Shown: in pieces, positions 57,501-64,000 of the stretch
Numbering within the stretch: position 1 is the stretch's first letter
How the letters are laid out: the number at the start of each line of letters is the position of its first letter
Origin: an uncultured Clostridia bacterium
Lineage (GTDB): Bacteria > Bacillota > Clostridia > Christensenellales > UBA1242
Direction of reading: 5' to 3'
DNA: 64,000 nucleotides
Assembly: GCA_930979925.1 (NCBI GenBank)
Contig: CAKNIB010000006.1
Location: forward strand, 1,233-65,232
The notes under the pieces: generated by a model
The model's database searches: none
Seen by the model: only the letters and a program-made list of their open reading frames with translations
Told to the model about the DNA's origin: nothing
Program-made: the position numbers and the translations under genes

Positions 57501-57638
57501 CAAACCTACTCACTTATGGAAGACATAACAGTTGATGCATTATCAACAATAAACTTCTATATCACATTAAATACAAATGATAGCAGTGTTGATGTAAATA
57601 ATGTGACACTATCTCTCACATTATCACAAGCAGCTTAA
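54552..57638 (+). CDS. Large TM-anchored extracytoplasmic protein of unknown function
   Basis: The protein is 1028 aa with an N-terminal TM anchor. One divergent InlB-B-repeat-like module is present (GSVTVTKNEDGTRTLTAQPNKWNEFVGWY...VYTAVF). I cannot assign the remainder. Confidence 0.5.
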   Translation: MTKKTKIIISLVCAAVAVILLVTLLCVFLIKDDPYKIDGQGSVTVTKNEDGTRTLTAQPNKWNEFVGWYESVDGQLADKPVSQELSYVIDDDAPVYTAVFASSAINSLDRLLNGVYNTYKNGIASQQDYFNFSGDITLNFAYGDINMNLDISAGGFFNFEGRGNELYLTAKEHASGMNMLGAYYVDNGLDANLYINLLGNTKTIVVPSLSSVFTGIGELSPYTWSVRNVLNGALDSETANLVYSVIDSVLGITNAQGFYESAANDASTSSLSLRLGVMLKNLNDLLGNLNLGEQASEIISSVLGIFTSEYPNSLLPSITLDLNVNYEELNGEEVVDNIDVAFKIADDYKINVGEVVTIGKTDVNLTINELNMGFAPIANAIDRSEIAIFPDAINLLNMHVGGEFAFLNETQSGDDLSTILDRIDLYNVDLYTDINPLAITNARGEDGSLDVTKIDWANLGMLSLRISLDKENSDLTGHYIDDADTSSVVEQDIVDDYLNIYMDTEKYGAKLFVFASLYNPSIHYSVSMFGMPMTVDLTQDYILNTVFDIPTFIAYMSSVAESQPSDEATTISSRQLNATTLSNKETQAPVAQTISFGFVLDIITRLVGGEDANSIIYSVLETLLPSIDTDGVVTNNLTYSADYGLMLKLQDYRDLLSNLLASDDTTDAGDSSFDIASILKLDNLLFGENSTHLAIKFTEFDYAVVARAQSTEGELGDYVNENNESILGIYNEQHLTAIGVENLYTKQGGAGGSQLQIEDMTFDKDTFVEEIKAIDTIYSDQILYSDGSLQNEISNIIGSRYEGRFGILDVQVLSQNDTSAEVTIVLRRAMQDNVALAAASGSPLPAPFDTAMGVEDILYILGFPYGVYTYTTTVKLEDTADSNINLSASIMVMDAQATINGYISGAFDTTGNISIGSTSFDATTVDETTFQNIQYGFDGENPITLQFTITNNSSTRAMTARIDDLATENLASNINYTINEGSQQTYSLMEDITVDALSTINFYITLNTNDSSVDVNNVTLSLTLSQAA

Positions 57639-57654
57639 TAATAAAACAGGATTA

Positions 57655-57685
57655 AAAAATGCAGACTTTTGTGTCTGCATTTTTA
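57655..57685. terminator. Bidirectional terminator
   Basis: The stem is AAAAATGCAGAC/GTCTGCATTTTT. Confidence 0.75.
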
Positions 57686-57755
57686 TGTAAATATATTGTT
57701 TTTAAATAAGTGGAAAAGAGAATTATATATAAATTAACCGCAATCAAATTTAAAT

Positions 57756-58466
57756 TTAATCTATTTCAACCACTTGACCAGGATAAGTTTTTTCAAGGCC
57801 TGTTTTTTCAAGTTCTTCTTGAGATTTGTAAGAAAGATGCACAGGGTAGATTTTGACCTCACTATATTCTTTACTTAAGTCCTCAACCTCTTTTACTGTT
57901 AGGTGACTGTTGTTAGGCTCTACTGATGCGCCGTCAATAAAGGCAACCTGAGAATGCTTTAATATTTTGTGCACACTATTGCACATAATGCTGTCTCCAG
58001 AAAAACCTACTTTGACTTTGCCATCACTTATTATAAAACCATAGGCATCAAGTGACTTGTGTTGCATTTTAAACGCTTTAATTTTATATGGATCTAGCTT
58101 ATAGGTAGCTCTGTCGGTTAAATCTAAAAAGGTGACACTATCATCAAGATACTTTTCAATATAACCGACCTCAAAAAGCTTTAACATTTGTACAATACGC
58201 TCTTTGCAACCCTTAGGCGCAAGGATAGTCAACTTTTTATTGTCAAATCTTTTGAAGAATATATCTAAAAGAAGGTGTATATCTGCAAAGTGGTCACTAT
58301 GAAAGTGAGTTATTAAAAGATAGTCAATTTTGTTTAAATCATAGTCATTATATAGCGTTTTAAAAGAGCCTTGTGGCAAGTCAATCAGCATATCATCGTT
58401 TAAAATGTAGCTTGTTGATAACTCCTTTGTCCAAGTGCACATATTGCCAACGATTGTAACTTTCAT
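57756..58466 (-). CDS. MBL-fold metallo-hydrolase
   Basis: The HxHxDH motif is present (THFHSDHF), and the length of 236 aa fits. Confidence 0.7.
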   Translation of the reverse strand: MKVTIVGNMCTWTKELSTSYILNDDMLIDLPQGSFKTLYNDYDLNKIDYLLITHFHSDHFADIHLLLDIFFKRFDNKKLTILAPKGCKERIVQMLKLFEVGYIEKYLDDSVTFLDLTDRATYKLDPYKIKAFKMQHKSLDAYGFIISDGKVKVGFSGDSIMCNSVHKILKHSQVAFIDGASVEPNNSHLTVKEVEDLSKEYSEVKIYPVHLSYKSQEELEKTGLEKTYPGQVVEID

Positions 58467-58486
58467 TTTTTCTCCTATAAAGTGTT

Positions 58487-59626
58487 TTAAATTCGCTTAT
58501 TTAAAGTTTCTTTAAACATCTCTTCCATTCTGTTCATACATTCTTCTTGATTAAACTTTTCACCAAATTCAATGTACTTGTTTTTGTACTTAAGTTTTTC
58601 TTCAGGATGCTCAAACCAAAAATTGATTTTGTCTGCAAGGTCCTGCGGGTCATTACACTTAAAAATGTTGTTGTTAGTAATTGCAAAATCTTTGGTTGCT
58701 GAACGCTCAGAGTTTGACACTACAGGCACAAGCCCACAAACTACTGCCTCAAGACAGGCGATTCCTTCAAGCTCAGCCTCAGCAGGGTGGACATAAAGGT
58801 CGGCAAAATTTACAAGGTCAACCATTTCACTTCTAGAAAAATACTTTATAATAGGTTTATTTGCAATTTTATTTTCTGCAAATCGCTCTAGCCTTTCAAG
58901 AAGAGGCCCTTGACCTGCAACGATAATTTGCAGGTCCTTGTTATGCTTTGAAAGAGCCACTGCTTTAAAGAGCACCATATGCGACTTTTCTTTGCATAGC
59001 CTACCAGTACTTAAAATGACAAATTTATCTTTAAATTCTTCCGGTTTTTCGCACTCTTTACTTACCATATACTCGTTTACACCATTACTTATGATATAGT
59101 GCTTGGTCGGGCCTACAATTTTTTCAAAAACATCACAGATAAACTTTGTCGGATAATGTACTGCATCGCAATATTGATACAATCTTTTATAGAAGAGCTT
59201 GTATATCAGGTCGTTAAAAGGCTTGCAGTTCATAAGACCAAGATGGCTTGATATAAGCTCTGCCTGGCAGTGGAAACCAGCAGTTACAGGCTTGCCTAGC
59301 TTCTTTGCAATTCTGCAGGCAGTGACACCTACCGGAAAAGGCATCATAATATGCACAATATCACAACCTTTTATAGCCTCAGTGATAACCTTTTTATCCC
59401 TACGTGGCAGGGCAACACCGTTTCTTTTGACAATTTTATTAAGCGGACCAAGATTGATTTTGTTAAGCAATATAAACCCTTCTTTATTCTCATTTTCGTC
59501 AAGGTCACAGCAGATTACTTTGACCTCATGACCTTTAGCTTTTAAAAAATTTATTAGATTATATGAGGCCATACTAGTGCCGTTATTTTTCTTACCAAGT
59601 ATATCACAAACAATAACAATTTTCAT
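58487..59626 (-). CDS. Glycosyltransferase family 4 (GT-B), glycolipid-synthase-like
   Basis: The N-terminus reads MKIVIVCDILGKKNNGTSMASYNLINFLKAKGHEV. The C-terminal segment E..G(I/L)..LEA (PAEAELEGIACLEAV) is typical of GT4. Confidence 0.7.
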   Translation of the reverse strand: MKIVIVCDILGKKNNGTSMASYNLINFLKAKGHEVKVICCDLDENENKEGFILLNKINLGPLNKIVKRNGVALPRRDKKVITEAIKGCDIVHIMMPFPVGVTACRIAKKLGKPVTAGFHCQAELISSHLGLMNCKPFNDLIYKLFYKRLYQYCDAVHYPTKFICDVFEKIVGPTKHYIISNGVNEYMVSKECEKPEEFKDKFVILSTGRLCKEKSHMVLFKAVALSKHNKDLQIIVAGQGPLLERLERFAENKIANKPIIKYFSRSEMVDLVNFADLYVHPAEAELEGIACLEAVVCGLVPVVSNSERSATKDFAITNNNIFKCNDPQDLADKINFWFEHPEEKLKYKNKYIEFGEKFNQEECMNRMEEMFKETLNKRI

Positions 59627-59827
59627 ATTTTACTCCATCGTACTTATTCTGTGCAGTTTTTAGCACAATAATGTTGAAAAATGTTAGAAATATATGTTTA
59701 TTATAGCACATATTGTGAAAAATAAAAAATATTAAAAATAAATTTTATTAAGATTAAAATTTTTTTTCTAATAATTATTGAATATCTTGGAAAGATATGG
59801 TAAACTTAAAATAGAAAAGAGGAATTT

Positions 59828-61231
59828 ATGAAAAATTTACATAACAAAGACTCACTTGCTCCGAAAACAGCACAAAAGAAGACAAAACGTCCACAAAACA
59901 GCCCACTTCAATCAGAGATAGAAGCATTTTTGACCACGGATAACCCTCCATTATCACTTTATGGTCTTACCATGGCTATAGACAAACTAAAATTGCCTCC
60001 TCAACAGGTTAAACCAATGGTAAAAGAAGCGATAAAAGAGAACATAAAAAGGTACAACTTGTCAGCAGATGAGAGCGGTGTTTATGTAAAAACAGTCTTA
60101 GCTGATGTTTTTGCTGATTTCAGCACTTCTGATTTTATAGAGAGAAAATGGCAATACATACCATTTATTTTGCATGATAGTGATTATCAAGAGCTTCAAA
60201 GACAGGAAAAGACACCAATATATATCGACCACTATGATTATAGCGCTCCTATTTATAGCTTTAAAAATAACTTTCAGTTTACAAATGAAGATTTAAAAAG
60301 AAAGAAAAAAGAAAACTCAAATGACGCCAAGTTTTATATGTCAAAAGATGAAAAAATATTGTTTTCAAAGGTTACAACCTTGACTTTCACGCCTGTCAAC
60401 TTCAAACTTGTCAGGGAGTACAAAAGAAATGCCACTCCAGAAGAAAAAGAGAGAATGGTTTATTTGCCAACTCTTTACGATAGAACCTTAACTATCTCAA
60501 TGTATGTGCTCTTAGAGGGCTCTAGCAATAAAAGCCATATGTTTTTAAGATATGATAGCTCGTCAAAAACGCATAAAAATATTTATGTAGGTAGCGATAA
60601 GAGACAATCGGTCTATGGACTTGAGGCAGAAAACCCACATTTTCACTTTCAAAACGAGGATGACAACCTTTTATGTATCAAAAAATTTAGAGACGCCAAT
60701 CGTCATATCAAGTGGAAGACGGGCAGATGCAATGCAATTGATTGCAAACATCTAATCAAGTATCTTTTGGAGCTTGACAGCCTTTCACAAGACAAGATTG
60801 AAGAGCTAAGTAGCAAGAATTTGCATTATAATATGCCATTTTTGCATGCAAAATTAAATAGAAAGACCTATAGCATGACCCCTGTGGACAAGCTTCTTGA
60901 TAACTATACAAACGATGTCGACCAATTCGCTATAGACTATGCAAGCGAGCTCAAACGTAAATTTAAATTGTACTACCCACAAAAAACCGTCGGAGGGGGA
61001 GAACAAAGTTTTAAAAAACTAATAACCTCTCTTCAGTTTTTGCAGTTTTTATATGAAGAGAGGATTGATACCACCGACTTAAGAAAACTTGAAATGCTCT
61101 CGCAAATAGAGGTTATAACAGCAACGGAAGTTGTAAACAAGATAAGCAACAATAAAGATAAGACAATAGAAAAAGAGTATAAGCCTAAGTATGTAATTGA
61201 AGGCGACTACCTTCAAAATGAGACAAGATAG
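59828..61231 (+). CDS. Hypothetical 467-aa protein with no recognisable domain
   Basis: The SD is AAGAGGA. The N-terminus is Lys/Pro-rich and a central block reads LRYDSSSKTHKNIY...ENPHFHFQNEDD. I cannot assign it to a family. Confidence 0.5.
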   Translation: MKNLHNKDSLAPKTAQKKTKRPQNSPLQSEIEAFLTTDNPPLSLYGLTMAIDKLKLPPQQVKPMVKEAIKENIKRYNLSADESGVYVKTVLADVFADFSTSDFIERKWQYIPFILHDSDYQELQRQEKTPIYIDHYDYSAPIYSFKNNFQFTNEDLKRKKKENSNDAKFYMSKDEKILFSKVTTLTFTPVNFKLVREYKRNATPEEKERMVYLPTLYDRTLTISMYVLLEGSSNKSHMFLRYDSSSKTHKNIYVGSDKRQSVYGLEAENPHFHFQNEDDNLLCIKKFRDANRHIKWKTGRCNAIDCKHLIKYLLELDSLSQDKIEELSSKNLHYNMPFLHAKLNRKTYSMTPVDKLLDNYTNDVDQFAIDYASELKRKFKLYYPQKTVGGGEQSFKKLITSLQFLQFLYEERIDTTDLRKLEMLSQIEVITATEVVNKISNNKDKTIEKEYKPKYVIEGDYLQNETR

Positions 61232-61239
61232 GAGGAGAC

Positions 61240-61599
61240 ATGGAAAAGGTAATAAAAGAGTTATCAAACTATCTAGGCAATGATAAAATAAAAAAACTAG
61301 GTCAAGATAAATATTTTATAGAAAGCGGACTTGTAATAACTTGCGAGATGGAAAGCCTTCCAATTTACCTTGTTAAGATTGACGATAAATGCTATTTTGC
61401 CGACTTTGGCTACACTCTTGAAGCTTTGGAAAAATCCCAGGACAAAAATTTTATCACAAAAGCCCAAGCGTTGCTTTCTCCTCTTGGCGTTACCCTTGAC
61501 GAAGGTAGCCTTTTGCTTGAAACCAAAGAATTGCCATATATTAGTTATAACTTGTTTGTGATGGCAATAGAAAATTTGCAACTGCTAAGCATGGATTAG
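61240..61599 (+). CDS. Hypothetical 119-aa protein (faintly DUF1828-like)
   Basis: The SD TAGGAGGAG lies 8 nt after the upstream stop, so the gene is operonic with 59828-61231. The DUF1828 resemblance is a weak impression only. Confidence 0.45.
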   Translation: MEKVIKELSNYLGNDKIKKLGQDKYFIESGLVITCEMESLPIYLVKIDDKCYFADFGYTLEALEKSQDKNFITKAQALLSPLGVTLDEGSLLLETKELPYISYNLFVMAIENLQLLSMD

Positions 61600-61603
61600 C
61601 GTG

Positions 61604-61634
61604 AAAATACTATCTTTAAGATGGTATTTTTTTT
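61604..61634 (+). terminator. Rho-independent terminator
   Basis: The stem is AAAATACTATC/GATGGTATTTT (one G-U pair), followed by a T-run. Confidence 0.7.
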
Positions 61635-61754
61635 AATTTATACATAATTTAAATTTTGCTTGCAAATATTTGTGTTTTGTAATTTTATTTGATATAATAT
61701 TTAAACAAAGTTTGCGCATATTAATGACAGGTATTCTCTCATGGAGGAAGCTAT

Positions 61755-62711
61755 ATGGAAAAAGACAATATAATAGTTGTAGATAAATTGACCCAAGACT
61801 ATGGCCATGGTAGAGGGGTTTTTGATGTTTCATTTACAGTAAAGAAGGGGGAAGTCTTTGGCTTTTTAGGTCCAAACGGCGCCGGCAAATCTACCACTAT
61901 TAGACATATTATGGGCTTTTCTAGTGCTCAGTCTGGTAACACCTCAGTATTTGAACTTGAGTCCTTCAAAAATTACTATAAAATACTTGATAGAGTAGGT
62001 TACTTACCAGGAGAAATAGCTCTTCCAGAAGGGCTGACAGGCTGGGAGTTTATCAAGATGATGTGGAGCCTTAGAAAGGTTGAGAACAAGGAAAGACTAG
62101 AGCAACTTCTTGATATGTTTAAGCTTGACCCATCAGGCGAGACAAAGAAGATGAGCCTAGGCGACAAACGTAAACTTGCCATTGTAACCGCCTTTATGCA
62201 TGACCCTGAAGTGCTTATTCTAGACGAGCCTACAAGCGGACTAGACCCAGTTATGCAACAAACCTTTATTGACTTTGTAAAGCTAGAGAAGAAAAGAGGC
62301 AAAACTATTCTACTTTCATCACATATGTTTAATGAGGTCGAGGCAACTTGCGACCGTATTGCTATTATCAAAGATGGCAAAATTGTTTCAGAGTTTGATA
62401 CAAGCGATATCACCCACAATGAAAACAAGAATTTTGAAGTTATTTTTAAAAACAAGGAGGAACTAGAAAAGTTTACCTCACTTTATCCAAAATTACGTAA
62501 AAATACCATCAATATTAAACATATTGCAATTAGAACGGTTGACCAAGAGAATAATAGGGTTGTTATTGCTGTCAACGATAAGGATATAAACAAACTTACA
62601 ATGGCGCTTAGTGATTATAGCGTACAGTCTTTTACCCAAGTAAAATACACTTTGGAAGATTACTTTATGCAATTCTATAAAGAGGATAAAAAATTTGGAG
62701 GTGCTTTCTAA
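61755..62711 (+). CDS. ABC transporter ATP-binding protein (ABC-2 type), first of a tandem pair
   Basis: The motifs are Walker A GPNGAGKST, signature SLGDKRK and Walker B LILDEPTSGLD. Confidence 0.85.
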   Translation: MEKDNIIVVDKLTQDYGHGRGVFDVSFTVKKGEVFGFLGPNGAGKSTTIRHIMGFSSAQSGNTSVFELESFKNYYKILDRVGYLPGEIALPEGLTGWEFIKMMWSLRKVENKERLEQLLDMFKLDPSGETKKMSLGDKRKLAIVTAFMHDPEVLILDEPTSGLDPVMQQTFIDFVKLEKKRGKTILLSSHMFNEVEATCDRIAIIKDGKIVSEFDTSDITHNENKNFEVIFKNKEELEKFTSLYPKLRKNTINIKHIAIRTVDQENNRVVIAVNDKDINKLTMALSDYSVQSFTQVKYTLEDYFMQFYKEDKKFGGAF

Positions 62712-63853
62712 TGGATAGTGTAATAACCGTCGAGCATCTAACAAAAGATTATGGCGAAGGTAGAGGAATTTTTGACCTTTCCTTTGAGGTCAAAAAGGGC
62801 GAAACCTTTGGCTTTGTAGGCACAAATGGCAGTGGAAAGACTACCACGATAAGACATATTATGGGCTTTTTAAAGGCTCAGTCAGGGCAGGTGACCGTAC
62901 TAGGACTAGACGCGTGGAAGGACTCTCCAGAGATTAAAAAATATGTTGAGTATGTTCCAGGCGAAATAGCCTTTCCAGACCTTCGCGATGGTACCACATT
63001 TTTGAAGGCTCAAGCCGAGCTCTTAGGCTTAAAAGATACAAATAGAATAAATTATCTTGTTGAAAAATTACAACTTGATACCTCAGCCAATCTCAAACGC
63101 ATGAGCAAGGGTATGAAACAAAAGACAGCGATTGTTGCAGCTTTTATGGCGGATAAGGATATATTAATTCTTGATGAGCCAAGCACCGGACTCGACCCAC
63201 TTATGCGAGAGACTTTTATTGAGCTTTTGCAAGAAGAAAAATCAAAGGGCAAGACAATCTTTATGAGTAGCCAGATGTTTGACGAGCTTGAAGATGTTTG
63301 CGACCGCGTGGCACTTATCTTTGATGGGAGGATTATCGATATCGCCGATATGAGCGAAATAAACAATCTGCCATATAAGACGTTCAAGGTGGAATTCACA
63401 ACTCGCGAAGATTACCTCAAATTTAAGAGACTAAAATATGAAATAGTGCGAGACCAAGAGAAGTACAATCAGGTTACTATTAAAGTTTATGATAAAAATC
63501 TTAATAGATTGTTTGATACTTTGAAAAATTATACTTTAAAGTTTATAGCAGAAGTCAAATATAACCTAGAAAAGCATTTTAAAGAGGTGCTTGCAAAGGA
63601 ATATGCACGTTTAGATGCAATCAAAAAGGAAGAGGAGGCGCATCCAAAGCCTCAGGAGGAGCTCACGAGAACGGAGCAAAAACAGATAAAACGCGAGCAC
63701 AAAAAGGAAGAGAAAAAGGAAAATCAGTCTGAAAAGAACGAGAAATTTTTTAACAAACCAAAGGTTAAAGCTGAGAAAAAAGAGATAAAAACTCACAAAA
63801 AAGAGGCTAAAAAAGCAGAAAAACAGGAGAAAAAGGAGGTAGACAATGTTTAG
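62711..63853 (+). CDS. ABC transporter ATP-binding protein (ABC-2 type), second of the pair, with a long K/E-rich tail
   Basis: The motifs are Walker A GTNGSGKTT, signature SKGMKQK and Walker B LILDEPSTGLD. It overlaps the upstream gene by TAATG. The last ~85 aa are almost entirely K/E/Q. Confidence 0.85.
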   Translation: MDSVITVEHLTKDYGEGRGIFDLSFEVKKGETFGFVGTNGSGKTTTIRHIMGFLKAQSGQVTVLGLDAWKDSPEIKKYVEYVPGEIAFPDLRDGTTFLKAQAELLGLKDTNRINYLVEKLQLDTSANLKRMSKGMKQKTAIVAAFMADKDILILDEPSTGLDPLMRETFIELLQEEKSKGKTIFMSSQMFDELEDVCDRVALIFDGRIIDIADMSEINNLPYKTFKVEFTTREDYLKFKRLKYEIVRDQEKYNQVTIKVYDKNLNRLFDTLKNYTLKFIAEVKYNLEKHFKEVLAKEYARLDAIKKEEEAHPKPQEELTRTEQKQIKREHKKEEKKENQSEKNEKFFNKPKVKAEKKEIKTHKKEAKKAEKQEKKEVDNV

Positions 63854-64000
63854 TAAAGCGCTATTTAAGCAGTCAATGAAGGCAAACTGGGTGAAATGGG
63901 TGTCAGTAACTCTTTCAACATGCGTAATGCTCGCTATTGTTATCATTGTGCTTGGCAACTTAGGTATAAATGACATAAGAGACTCGCTGAAAGACGTCTT
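63846..64000 (+). CDS. ABC-2-type permease (N-terminal fragment; continues beyond the window)
   Basis: My own translation gives MFSKALFKQSMKANWVKWVSVTLSTCVMLAIVIIVLGN.... The SD is AAAAGGAGG and the gene overlaps the upstream ATPase gene. Confidence 0.6.
   Translation, partial: MFSKALFKQSMKANWVKWVSVTLSTCVMLAIVIIVLGNLGINDIRDSLKDV

Noticed and set aside
61755-64000. Tandem ABC ATPases plus permease as something unusual
   Set aside because: Two paralogous ABC-2 NBDs followed by an ABC-2 permease is a common Firmicutes arrangement. Only the K/E-rich tail is noteworthy, and that is reported separately.

Overview
This is an AT-rich, low-GC Firmicutes-type (probably Clostridia-like) chromosomal segment. 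All family calls come from motif recognition by eye; no searches were run. Most of the window is housekeeping. It carries lepA-hemW, the ylxM-ffh-rpsP-khpA-rimM-trmD-rbgA-yraN string, murG, a type IIA topoisomerase pair that reads as parE/parC rather than gyrB/gyrA, and mtaB-rpsU-rplS. It also carries one tRNA-Arg(CCT), yifB(comM)-dprA-topA-trmFO-like-hslVU, tcdA-trxA, a large Alu-domain SRP RNA on the minus strand, a T-box(Ile) leader with type-2 ileS, pepF and several ABC systems. The parts worth a second look are listed below.
1. A tightly packed five-gene cluster at 48.6-57.6 kb: an ABC ATPase, a 534-aa fused polytopic permease and three large membrane- or lipid-anchored extracytoplasmic proteins of unknown function. 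A 1069-aa GLUG/Listeria-Bacteroides-repeat surface protein lies just upstream.
2. A small islet immediately 3' of tRNA-Arg. It holds a stand-alone Spo0A C-terminal-domain protein translationally coupled to a frameshifted HEPN-like gene, a perfect 29-bp tandem duplication and a second frameshifted gene (AlkD-like).
3. A protein at 35.8 kb that fuses an N-terminal RNxxxH (HEPN-like) module to a CBS pair.
4. An unannotatable two-gene operon at 59.8-61.6 kb.
5. A compact 116-nt four-helix element at 20.66-20.78 kb between convergent genes.
6. rplS removed from its canonical trmD-rplS position and flanked at its new site by an exact 16-nt direct repeat.
No CRISPR array, integrase, transposase or rRNA was seen.
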